Positions 31,082-39,983 of a DNA stretch of 41,567 bases are shown in pieces. The notes beneath the pieces were generated by a model. The model saw only the letters and a list, made by a program, of their open reading frames with translations, made no database searches and was not told the origin of the DNA. Where the stretch lies: NCBI GenBank assembly GCA_009923345.1, contig RFTR01000001.1, forward strand, positions 1 through 41,567, written 5' to 3'. The translations under genes and the position numbers were made by a program. Source of the DNA: Betaproteobacteria bacterium. GTDB taxonomy: Bacteria; Pseudomonadota; Gammaproteobacteria; Burkholderiales; Burkholderiaceae_C. Positions within the stretch are counted from its first letter, which is position 1, and each line of letters begins with the position of its first letter.

Positions 31082-31894
31082 TTATTTTCGATCTAGTTGC
31101 AAGAGTTGCGCTGCAACAGCTATCGCAATGACTTCGGGCTCTTTGCCATAGATGCCATCTACGCCAATCGGGCAAGTGATAAACGCCAATTCTTGGGCAC
31201 TAAACCCTTTGGCCTCTAGGCGGTGTTGAAACGTCGCCCATTTAGTTTTGCTACCGATCAGTCCTACAAATTTCAAATCACCCTGTAAGCGTTGCCGCTT
31301 GAGACAAGCCGCCACCACATCTAGATCTTCTGCATGGCTAAAACTCATGATCAACACGCAAGCGCCACTTGGCAAATCTTCTACAGCAGCATGCACAGGA
31401 TCCGAATGGTCACACACCACATTCGCTGGAAGTTGCACAGGAAAAATCTCATCTCTGCTGTCTATCCAATGCACCTGAAATGGAAGGCTGCTCAACACAT
31501 TTACCAAGGCATGTCCTACATGTCCTCCACCAAACAAGGCCACTGGATTGGCTTGGATGGGTAAACGTTCCTTCAACATCGGCATGTCCGTCTTTGAGAT
31601 TTGCTCAAACTTCAAATGCACCACACCGCCACAACATTGTCCCAATGCTGGGCCCAATGCGTATCGGTTAACAAACGCGCCGTCTTGACTAGCAGATCCA
31701 CTCCAGCTCCTAGCTTGTGCAATGGCTTGGAATTCCAAATGGCCACCACCAATAGTATTGACCAAGGTATGCGGAAACACGGCCATCCAAGCACCTACTT
31801 CACGAGGCCCAGAGCCTTCCACGCTAGCAACCGTGACCAACACGCCAGGGGCATGCTGGAGCTGGTTCCATAACTCGGTGGTGTGAAGAGGCAC
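31082..31894 (-). CDS. xdhC: Xanthine dehydrogenase accessory protein
   Basis: GSGPRE, TIGGGHLE, LGQCCGG, FGGGHVG, GLIGSKTK, CPIG, GKEPEVIA. Confidence 0.94.
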   Translation of the reverse strand: MPLHTTELWNQLQHAPGVLVTVASVEGSGPREVGAWMAVFPHTLVNTIGGGHLEFQAIAQARSWSGSASQDGAFVNRYALGPALGQCCGGVVHLKFEQISKTDMPMLKERLPIQANPVALFGGGHVGHALVNVLSSLPFQVHWIDSRDEIFPVQLPANVVCDHSDPVHAAVEDLPSGACVLIMSFSHAEDLDVVAACLKRQRLQGDLKFVGLIGSKTKWATFQHRLEAKGFSAQELAFITCPIGVDGIYGKEPEVIAIAVAAQLLQLDRK

Positions 31895-31945
31895 GCGAAT
31901 GTAGAGCGAAGCGAAACAGACTAAACAAGCAAAGCGCTAACGCGC

Positions 31946-34309
31946 TTAAGCTTGTGCGGCTTGCGCTTTCACCTTTTCACAAGCCATCAAGATACGCTCA
32001 GGGGTGGCAGGCGCATCGAGATGCACCACTGCTTTGTGCTCAGCACTTGCAGCGACGGCATCGCGCAAAGCAAAGAAAGTAGACAAGCCCAGCATCAGAG
32101 GTGGCTCACCCGTTGCTTTGCTGTTGAAAGGTGTGGGCTTCGAGTTGTAGCCGTCAAACAGAGTCACGTTGAAATGTTGTGGTATGTCACCCGCGACTGG
32201 GATTTTGTAAGTGCTCGGGCCATGTGTGAGCAACTTGCCCTTCTTATCCCAGATGCATTCTTCCATGGTGAGCCATCCCATGCCTTGGACAAACGCACCT
32301 TCGATTTGACCTTTGTCAATAGCAGGGTTGATGCTTTTGCCCACGTCGTGCACGATATCAACGGCCTTGAGCCACCATTCACCGGTACGTGTGTTGATTT
32401 CAACCTCACTGACCGCAGCACCGTAGCAGTAGTAATAGAAAGCACGGCCATTTAAGGTCGTGAAGTCGTATTTGATTTCAGGCGTCATGTAAAAACCCGT
32501 GACGCTCAAACCCACGCGGTCTAACCACGCTTGCTTGGTCACGTCTTCCCACTTCACCGACTTACCACCACCATGCGCTTCGCTATTGGCAAAAGTAATG
32601 TCGGCTTCCGAGCAACCCAGCATGCGCGCGGCTACGGGTTTTAGACGCTCACGCATTTGCGCTGTGGCGTTCATGATGGCTGCGCCGTTGATGTCTGCAC
32701 CGCTGGAGGCTGACGTAGCGGACGCATTTGGCACTTTTTGCGAATCGGTCGCAGTGATGCGCACTTTGTCCACACTGATACCCAAGCCATCAGCGCAAAC
32801 TTGCGCCATCTTGGTGTTGAGACCCTGGCCCATCTCAGTGCCGCCATGGTTGCAACTCACAGAGCCATCCATGTAGACCACGAGCAAAGCGCCGCCTTGG
32901 TTCAAATGGGTGGCGGTAAAACTGATACCAAACTTCAAAGGCACCAAGGCCAAACCGCGTTTGCGGGTTTTGCTCTTGGCGTTAAAAGCCTCTACTGCCT
33001 TGCGCCGTTCAGAGTAGTTGGATTCTTTTTCAACTTGGTCAATCACCTTATCACCCACCCAGTCTTCGATCAACTGGTTGTATTGGGTGGTCATGGTGTC
33101 CGGCGTTCCACTGATAGCGGGGTCTTGGTAGAGGTTGATTTTGCGAACATCCAAGGAATCTTTGCCCAAAGTGGCGGCAATTTCGTCCATCACGGTTTCG
33201 ATACCAAACATGCCTTGCGGTCCACCAAAACCACGGAAAGCCGTCGCACTTTGCGTATTAGTTTTACAGCGGTGGCTGATCAACTTCAAAGCGGGGATGT
33301 GGTAGACGTTATCGATGTGCAAACAAGCGCGGTCATTCACAGGCCCCGAATAGTCGGTGCTATAACCGCAACGCGACATGAGGGTGATATCTGCACCCAA
33401 GATACGGCCGTTATTGTCAAAACCCACTTCGTAGTCAATTCGGAAATCGTGGCGCTTACCGGTGATGGTCATGTCATCGTCGCGGTTCACCCGCAACTTC
33501 ACAGGCTTTTGTAACTTGAAGGCGGCTAAAGCAGCGCTCTGGCTAAAGATGCTGGCGTTACCCTCTTTGCCACCAAAACCGCCACCCATACGACGGCAAA
33601 TCACTTCCACATCGTTGGTGTGCAAATTCAGCGCGTGGGCTGCTTCGCGTTGGTTGCCGTCGGGGTGTTGCGTCGACACATACAACGTGAGTTGTCCGTC
33701 TTCTTTGGGAACCGCATAGGTAATTTGTCCCTCTAAATAGAACTGCTCTTGTTGCCCTGTTCGGGTGGTGCCTTTGATTTTGTGAGGCGCTTTGGCAATT
33801 GCGCCAGCAGCGTCGCCACGGGTAATGCCTTTAGGCGGCATGATGAAACTACTGGCCGCCATCGCCTCTTCAATCGTCAGGATGGGCGGGAGTTCTTTGA
33901 CCAATACCTTGGCTTTGTGGGCAACTTCGCGAGCGTAAAGCATGTCGCGCGCAACGACCACCGCCACAGCTTGTCCGATAAATTCGACCTTGCCATCAGC
34001 CAAGAATGGATCGTCATGGATGATCGGACCGCAGTTGTTTTCGCCAGGAATGTCCTTGGCGGTGTAGACCGCCACCACGCCGTGTTCTTTAAGAATGGCA
34101 TCGCGGTCAATGCCGTCGCCAATCAACTCTCCATGCGCTACGGGGGACAAGATGAGTGCGGCATAGAGAGTGCCAGCAAGTTCAGGAATATCGTCGATAT
34201 AGGTAGCCGAGCCAGTCACATGCAAGTGTGCAGATTCGTGCACTAACTCCTTACCTTGCTGCACGTTGGTGGCAGGCAAAAGGTTTTTCAGGTTGGTAGG
34301 AGCGTTCAT
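31946..34309 (-). CDS. xdhB: Xanthine dehydrogenase molybdopterin subunit
   Basis: HESAHLHVTG, QEQFYLE, GGGFGGKE, AFRGFGGPQG, GGTEMGQG, GQIEGAFVQG, GEPP. Confidence 0.94.
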   Translation of the reverse strand: MNAPTNLKNLLPATNVQQGKELVHESAHLHVTGSATYIDDIPELAGTLYAALILSPVAHGELIGDGIDRDAILKEHGVVAVYTAKDIPGENNCGPIIHDDPFLADGKVEFIGQAVAVVVARDMLYAREVAHKAKVLVKELPPILTIEEAMAASSFIMPPKGITRGDAAGAIAKAPHKIKGTTRTGQQEQFYLEGQITYAVPKEDGQLTLYVSTQHPDGNQREAAHALNLHTNDVEVICRRMGGGFGGKEGNASIFSQSAALAAFKLQKPVKLRVNRDDDMTITGKRHDFRIDYEVGFDNNGRILGADITLMSRCGYSTDYSGPVNDRACLHIDNVYHIPALKLISHRCKTNTQSATAFRGFGGPQGMFGIETVMDEIAATLGKDSLDVRKINLYQDPAISGTPDTMTTQYNQLIEDWVGDKVIDQVEKESNYSERRKAVEAFNAKSKTRKRGLALVPLKFGISFTATHLNQGGALLVVYMDGSVSCNHGGTEMGQGLNTKMAQVCADGLGISVDKVRITATDSQKVPNASATSASSGADINGAAIMNATAQMRERLKPVAARMLGCSEADITFANSEAHGGGKSVKWEDVTKQAWLDRVGLSVTGFYMTPEIKYDFTTLNGRAFYYYCYGAAVSEVEINTRTGEWWLKAVDIVHDVGKSINPAIDKGQIEGAFVQGMGWLTMEECIWDKKGKLLTHGPSTYKIPVAGDIPQHFNVTLFDGYNSKPTPFNSKATGEPPLMLGLSTFFALRDAVAASAEHKAVVHLDAPATPERILMACEKVKAQAAQA

Positions 34310-35785
34310 TTATGCCACCTCCGAAGTTTGTTCTTCAATAAATTCAAGTACCAAATTTCTGGCCACTAAAGCGCGATAGGCCCAAGTAGCGCGCAATCCG
34401 TCACGGGCAGTAAAACTCGCAGTAATTGCCGCATCAAGATCTGCCGCTTTCACGTCGCTAGGTGCTTTACCTTCTAACACTGCCTCTAACTTAGGCGCTC
34501 TGCATGGTGATGGTGCCAAGCCGTTGTAGGCCAATTTCACGCCACTTAACTTGCCCGCTTTAAGTAAGTAAGTGATGGCAGCACAAGTAGCTGAAATATC
34601 TTGCTCGAACCGCTTGCTGATTTTGTGAGCCCGGAACACCTGTCCAGAGACAGGCTTGGGCAATTCAATCGCCTCGATAAATTCACCCGCTTCGAGCACG
34701 TTTTTCTTCATGCCGGTGTAGAAGTTGTCCAAAGACATGCGACGGCTTTTGTCGCCGCGGCGCAAGACCAAGGTTGCACCAAGTGCCATCAAGCAAGGCA
34801 TGGTGTCACCGATCGGTGACCCATTGGCAATATTGCCAGCCAGTGTGGCGGTAGAACGGATGGGCGGTGAGCCAAAGCGGCGCAAGACTTCAGCAAAGTC
34901 AGGGTAGGCCTTGGCTACTAAGGATTCAACTTGGGTCAAGGAGACCGCGGCACCGATGCGCCAAGCTTTGTCTGTCTCACCGATTTGGCGCAACTCTTTG
35001 ACGTTGCCCAAATACATGATGTGATCTGGCCTGGAAAATTGCTTGTTGACCTGCAAACCAATTTCAGTGCTTCCAGCCAGCAAAGTGGTGGTGGGGTGTT
35101 TGACCAAATAGTCAGCCACTTCAGCCAAGGTGCTGGGCGAGACAAACTCGTTGCCCTTCTTGGTGCGCACAACGGGCTGGACGATGATCTCACCGTCCAA
35201 ACTCATGGTCGGCGTGATTGGCCGTTTGATTTCTTTAAGCAAAGCGATGTCCGCGCTGTCATCGATTTTCAAAGCGGCTTTTTTCTCGCAGGCTTTGGCG
35301 GCGGCGTCGATGATGGGTGCGTAACCTGTACAGCGGCATAAATTGCCGCTCAAGGCATCGGTAATTTCGAGACGCGACGGTTGGGCATTGGTTTGGACCA
35401 TATTGACCAAACTCATCACGATGCCTGGGGTACAAAAACCGCACTGTGAGCCGTGGCACTTGACCATTTCCTCTTGGACAGGGTGGAGTGTTCCATCGGC
35501 CTTTTTCAAACTCTCCACGGTTTTGACAGACTTGCCATCCAGCGAGGGCAGCAATTGGATACAGGCGTTGGTCGCCAAGTAGTCCACGCCCGTTCCAGCG
35601 GCATTGAGTTCTCCCACCATCACCACACACGCGCCACAGTCCCCCTCTGCGCAGCCCTCCTTGGTTCCGGTGCGATGCAATTGTTCACGCAGATAGTCCA
35701 AAACGGTGGTGGTGCGACGCTTGCCTTGGGCTTCAACGATCTGTCCGTCGAGCACAAAGCGCACGGTGTTGGTGGCTTGGGTCAT
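34310..35785 (-). CDS. xdhA: Xanthine dehydrogenase 2Fe-2S/FAD subunit
   Basis: GTKEGCAEGDCGAC, QCGFCTPG, GNLCRCTGY, GNIANGSPIGD, KISKRFEQDIS. Confidence 0.95.
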   Translation of the reverse strand: MTQATNTVRFVLDGQIVEAQGKRRTTTVLDYLREQLHRTGTKEGCAEGDCGACVVMVGELNAAGTGVDYLATNACIQLLPSLDGKSVKTVESLKKADGTLHPVQEEMVKCHGSQCGFCTPGIVMSLVNMVQTNAQPSRLEITDALSGNLCRCTGYAPIIDAAAKACEKKAALKIDDSADIALLKEIKRPITPTMSLDGEIIVQPVVRTKKGNEFVSPSTLAEVADYLVKHPTTTLLAGSTEIGLQVNKQFSRPDHIMYLGNVKELRQIGETDKAWRIGAAVSLTQVESLVAKAYPDFAEVLRRFGSPPIRSTATLAGNIANGSPIGDTMPCLMALGATLVLRRGDKSRRMSLDNFYTGMKKNVLEAGEFIEAIELPKPVSGQVFRAHKISKRFEQDISATCAAITYLLKAGKLSGVKLAYNGLAPSPCRAPKLEAVLEGKAPSDVKAADLDAAITASFTARDGLRATWAYRALVARNLVLEFIEEQTSEVA

Positions 35786-35850
35786 ATGAGGGGGCGGGGC
35801 AAAGGAAAAGAATAGATATTTTAGGGATAAGCACTGGCTTTTGCGCTGAA

Positions 35851-35874
35851 GTATGCACCTGCGTATACAAAAAC
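35851..35874. promoter_or_regulatory. Putative GntR operator upstream of xdhA
   Basis: GTATGCA-cct-GC-GTATACA-AAAA; the same GTATACA core occurs at 36300. Confidence 0.55.
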
Positions 35875-35906
35875 TAAGGCCATGTCAGGCATTAGGTGGC
35901 CTCTAT

Positions 35907-36260
35907 TTAGGAACCCCTATAGGTAGAGTAACTCCAAGGACTTACTAATAGTGGCACGTGGTAGTGCTGGTCGGTATGCGCCACACCAAAGTCCAAGCTG
36001 ACTTGGTCGAGAAAATTAGGTTCAGGCAAAGCGACGCCCTTGGCTGCAAAGTACCCCTTGACGTCGAAAACCAAGCGGTAAGTGCCCTTTTTCAGACTAT
36101 CGTTGTCATACAGGGGGCCATCAGGGTTTCGTCCATCATGGTTCAAGGTGAACGACTTAACCAAAGTGGCGCTGCCTTTGTCGGTCGTGAAAAGCGAAAC
36201 CCGCATGCCTGCAGCAGGCCCGCCGTGCATGGTGTCTAAAACGTGCGTACTCAATCCCAT
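35907..36260 (-). CDS. uraH: 5-hydroxyisourate hydrolase (transthyretin-like)
   Basis: LSTHVLDT, HYHVPLLVSPWSYSTYRGS terminus; GGAG SD before ATG 36260. Confidence 0.96.
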   Translation of the reverse strand: MGLSTHVLDTMHGGPAAGMRVSLFTTDKGSATLVKSFTLNHDGRNPDGPLYDNDSLKKGTYRLVFDVKGYFAAKGVALPEPNFLDQVSLDFGVAHTDQHYHVPLLVSPWSYSTYRGS

Positions 36261-36294
36261 AAAAACTCCAAAAACAAGCATGAAATAGTCTGCA

Positions 36295-36312
36295 AAAAGT
36301 GTATACAGTTTT
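36295..36312. promoter_or_regulatory. Putative GntR operator between divergent uraH and gntR
   Basis: Near-perfect palindrome AAAAG-TGTATACA-GTTTT. Confidence 0.65.
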
Positions 36313-36362
36313 TGGTTTTCAGGCTATCATCACCAATCCTTTTTAAAGACCCAAGAAACTGC

Positions 36363-37031
36363 ATGGACACCACCACTGCCACCCGCTCTATTGTGGACGC
36401 ATTGACAAAAGCCATCGTGGAGCACCGTCTGCACCCCGGCAGCAAATTGGCCGAACAAAAACTCGCCGACCACTTTGGCGTGTCGCGCACCTTGGTTCGC
36501 CAGGCCTTGTTTCAACTGGCCCAAAAACGCCTGATCCGCATGGAGCCTGCCCGAGGTGCTTTCGTGGCGACTCCCTCTGGAGAAGAAGCCAAACAAGTAT
36601 TTGCAGTTCGCAGAATGCTAGAGGCCGAAATGACCCGCAACTTTGTGCGCAATGCCACCAAAGCGCAAATTCAAGCCTTACAAGAACATGTCGCGCAAGA
36701 AAAGGCCGCCGTCCAACGCGGTGATGTTGCTGGCAGAACCGATCTGTTGGGCGACTTCCATGTGCGTATGGCTGATTTGATGGGCAACCCCGTTTTAGGG
36801 CAAATTTTGGGCGAGCTCATCTCCCGTTGCTCGCTGATTACCTTGATGTACCAATCGGATAACGCGGCCGAACATTCTGCGGAGGATCACGCAGCCATCC
36901 TCAAAGCCATCGTGGCTAAAGACGAAACCCTTGCTGTGCAATTGATGGAAGACCACCTCAGCCATGTTGAAGCCAGCCTCACCCTCGACCGCAAACTTCC
37001 TAACAGCGATATCGCAATGGCCTTGGCCTGA
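36363..37031 (+). CDS. GntR family (FCD domain) regulator
   Basis: LHPGSKLAEQKLADHFGVSRTLVRQAL wHTH; FH...GN, EDH...I, HL in the FCD domain. Confidence 0.93.
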   Translation: MDTTTATRSIVDALTKAIVEHRLHPGSKLAEQKLADHFGVSRTLVRQALFQLAQKRLIRMEPARGAFVATPSGEEAKQVFAVRRMLEAEMTRNFVRNATKAQIQALQEHVAQEKAAVQRGDVAGRTDLLGDFHVRMADLMGNPVLGQILGELISRCSLITLMYQSDNAAEHSAEDHAAILKAIVAKDETLAVQLMEDHLSHVEASLTLDRKLPNSDIAMALA

Positions 37032-37056
37032 CACGGTCTGCAAAAAAAGAAACCCT

Positions 37057-38028
37057 ATGTCTAAACACCACGCCCATTACGACAGCACCGCACCCTACCC
37101 ACGCGACTTGGTGGGCTACGGACGTAAACCACCTCAAGCCCAATGGCCAGGCCAGGCAAGAATTGCCGTTCAGTTTGTTTTGAATTACGAGGAAGGCGGC
37201 GAAAACGCCACCTTGCACGGTGACCCCGGCAGCGAGCAGTTTTTAAGTGAGATGTTCAACCCGCCCAGCTTTCCAGACCGTCACCTGAGCATGGAAGGCA
37301 TATATGAGTACGGCTCACGTGCAGGCGTGTGGCGCATCTTGCGTGAATTTGAGAAACGCAAGCTGCCACTCACGGTGTTTGGTATCAGCATGGCGCTGGA
37401 ACGCCATCCAGAAGTCACGCAAGCATTCATCGACCTAGGCCATGAAATCGCTTGCCATGGCTGGCGCTGGATCAATTACCAAACTATCGATGAAGCCACC
37501 GAACGCGCACACATGCAAAAAGGCATTGAGATCATTGCGCGCTTAACCCAGACTACCCACGGCAACTCAATCCATGGCGCTGGTTGGTACACCGGCCGCG
37601 ACAGCCCCAACACCCATCGTTTGGTCGCAGACCATGGTGGCTTTGAATACGACAGTGACTACTACGGTGACGACCTGCCGTTTTGGATGCGGGTCAAAAA
37701 AACCAGTGGCGAAGTCGTACCACAACTCATCGTGCCCTACACCATGGACTGCAACGACATGCGCTTTGCACTGCCCCAAGGATTTAGCCAAGGCGATGAC
37801 TTTTTTACCTATTTACGTGACAGTTTTGACGCGTTGTATGCCGAGGGCGCAGAAGTCCCCAAGATGATGAGTATCGGAATGCACTGTCGCTTGCTTGGCA
37901 AACCCGGACGCATCGTGGCTTTGCAAAAGTTTTTGGATCACATTGAAAAACACGACAAAGTGTGGGTGTGTCGCCGTATTGATATCGCCCGTCATTGGAA
38001 GAAGGTACATCCTTTCCAAGCTAACTAA
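37057..38028 (+). CDS. puuE: Allantoinase (polysaccharide deacetylase fold)
   Basis: YPRDLVGYG, VLNYEEGGE, YEYGSRAG, HEIACHGWRW, WYTGR, NDMRF, GMHCRL. Confidence 0.95.
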   Translation: MSKHHAHYDSTAPYPRDLVGYGRKPPQAQWPGQARIAVQFVLNYEEGGENATLHGDPGSEQFLSEMFNPPSFPDRHLSMEGIYEYGSRAGVWRILREFEKRKLPLTVFGISMALERHPEVTQAFIDLGHEIACHGWRWINYQTIDEATERAHMQKGIEIIARLTQTTHGNSIHGAGWYTGRDSPNTHRLVADHGGFEYDSDYYGDDLPFWMRVKKTSGEVVPQLIVPYTMDCNDMRFALPQGFSQGDDFFTYLRDSFDALYAEGAEVPKMMSIGMHCRLLGKPGRIVALQKFLDHIEKHDKVWVCRRIDIARHWKKVHPFQAN

Positions 38029-38108
38029 TTTTTTGAACTAAGGCAACACTTTTTGGAATTAAACAATTAGATATTGCGCTCCTAGCAGCAACAAAAGACC
38101 AATTAAAG

Positions 38109-39908
38109 ATGACCTCAACATTGATCACCTTGCAACAAATTAACAGCCTGCCTCGCTCTGAGGCTGCCGCCTTGTTGCAAGGCTTGTACGAACACTCCGA
38201 CTGGATCGCAGAGCAAGCTTTAGATGCCCGCCCTTTTGCATCAACTGCCGCACTCAAATATGCGATGGTGCAAGTGCTTCAGCGCGCAGGCCGAGACGCC
38301 CAGATTGCATTGGTACGCGCCCACCCAGAATTAGCCGGCAAGGCGATGGTGAGTAAAAGCCTGACCGCAGAATCCACCAACGAACAAAGTAAAGCTGGCT
38401 TGACGGATTGCACACCAGAAGAGTTCGCGCATATCCAACAACTCAATGCAGACTACAACGCCAAGTTCGGTTTTCCTTTCATCTTGGCTGTGCGAGGCCC
38501 ACGCGGCACTGGTTTGACGCGCCAGCAAATCATTCGTACTTTTGAGCGGCGTTTGCATCACCATCCGGACTACGAGTTGGCAGAGTGCTTGCGTAATATC
38601 CACCGTATTGTCGAAATTCGCCTTAACGACAAATTAGGCTATCAACCAACGCTCGGAAACGAAGTTTGGGATTGGCACGAATGGCTGGCGCAATTTAGCG
38701 ACGTTGGCTCTGTCCATGAAAACGACCCGCACGCCGCGCGCGAAGAGTTAACCGTCACCTACCTCACAGACGCGCATCGTAAATGTGCGCGCACAATAGA
38801 ACTCGGCATGCAAGCATGCGGCTTTGACGACGTCAAGATAGACGCTGTTGGCAATGTCGTCGGCATTTACAAATCCAAAAATCCACAAGCCAAAACTGTG
38901 ATGACTGGCTCCCACTACGACACAGTACGCAATGGTGGCAAGTACGATGGACGCTTAGGCATTTTTGTTCCTATGGCTTGCGTGAGAGAACTCGCGCGTG
39001 ATGGCAAACGTTTGCCTTTTCATTTAGAGGTTGTTGCCTTTTCTGAAGAAGAAGGCCAACGCTACAAAGCCACCTTTTTAGGATCTGGCGCATTGGTCGG
39101 CGACTTCAAATCTGAATGGCTGGATCAAAAAGATGCGAACGGCATCAGCATGCGCCAAGCCATGCAAAAAGCTCGCTTGCAGATTACAGATATTCCACAA
39201 CTCAAACGTCGGGCCGAAGATTACTTAGGCTTTTTTGAGATTCACATCGAGCAAGGGCCTGTTCTGAATGAACTCGACATTCCTCTCGGCGTGGTCACGT
39301 CGATCAACGGCAGTGTGCGTTTTGTCGGAGAAATCTCGGGTATGGCAAGCCATGCAGGCACCACGCCCATGGACCGAAGGCGTGATGCTGCGACAGCAGT
39401 GGCAGAGTTGGCTTTGTATGTAGAAAAAAGTGCGCTTCAAGTTGCCAAGACTTGCGTTGGAACGATTGGCCAATTGCAAGTACCCAATGGGTCTGTCAAT
39501 GTTGTACCAGGCCGTTGCCAATTCAGCCTTGACTTACGCGCAACGACCAACGCAGCGCGCGACGCACTCATGCATGACGTTCTTGCAGAACTCAAAGCTA
39601 TTTGCGAGCGTCGAGGCCTTCACTACACCCTAGAAGAAACCATGCGCGCCAGTGCAGCACCTAGCCATCCCGCTTGGCAAGCCCGTTGGGAGAACGCGGT
39701 GCAATCGCTGGGTGTGCCCGTATTCCATCTCCCGAGTGGTGCAGGCCACGACGCCATGAAGTTGCACGACATCATGCCCCAAGCCATGCTTTTTGTGCGG
39801 GGACAAAACGCTGGCATCAGCCATAACCCGCTAGAGAGCACTACCAGTGATGACATGCAGTTGGCCATCGATGCATGCATGCATCTGTTGCACAACATAG
39901 CTGACTGA
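38109..39908 (+). CDS. uraD: OHCU decarboxylase fused to allantoate amidohydrolase (M20)
   Basis: N-part YEHS.W, AHPELAGK, S..EQ..AGL, Y.AKFGFPFILAVRG; C-part GSHYDTV, GGKYDG, EEEG.RY, EIHIEQGP, HAGTTPM, SGAGHDA. Confidence 0.92.
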   Translation: MTSTLITLQQINSLPRSEAAALLQGLYEHSDWIAEQALDARPFASTAALKYAMVQVLQRAGRDAQIALVRAHPELAGKAMVSKSLTAESTNEQSKAGLTDCTPEEFAHIQQLNADYNAKFGFPFILAVRGPRGTGLTRQQIIRTFERRLHHHPDYELAECLRNIHRIVEIRLNDKLGYQPTLGNEVWDWHEWLAQFSDVGSVHENDPHAAREELTVTYLTDAHRKCARTIELGMQACGFDDVKIDAVGNVVGIYKSKNPQAKTVMTGSHYDTVRNGGKYDGRLGIFVPMACVRELARDGKRLPFHLEVVAFSEEEGQRYKATFLGSGALVGDFKSEWLDQKDANGISMRQAMQKARLQITDIPQLKRRAEDYLGFFEIHIEQGPVLNELDIPLGVVTSINGSVRFVGEISGMASHAGTTPMDRRRDAATAVAELALYVEKSALQVAKTCVGTIGQLQVPNGSVNVVPGRCQFSLDLRATTNAARDALMHDVLAELKAICERRGLHYTLEETMRASAAPSHPAWQARWENAVQSLGVPVFHLPSGAGHDAMKLHDIMPQAMLFVRGQNAGISHNPLESTTSDDMQLAIDACMHLLHNIAD

Positions 39909-39983
39909 TATCGTTAGCAACCACGACCGCCCTACTTCAATCCGCCACACAAGCTTTCTGCGTCAATACATTTTTATATTTCT

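Noticed and set aside
31895-31947. AGAGCGAAG and a small AAGCGC-TAAC-GCGCTT hairpin between xdhB and xdhC as a third repeat copy
   Set aside because: Only a 9-nt match to unit A; lacks the rest of the core and the long stems.
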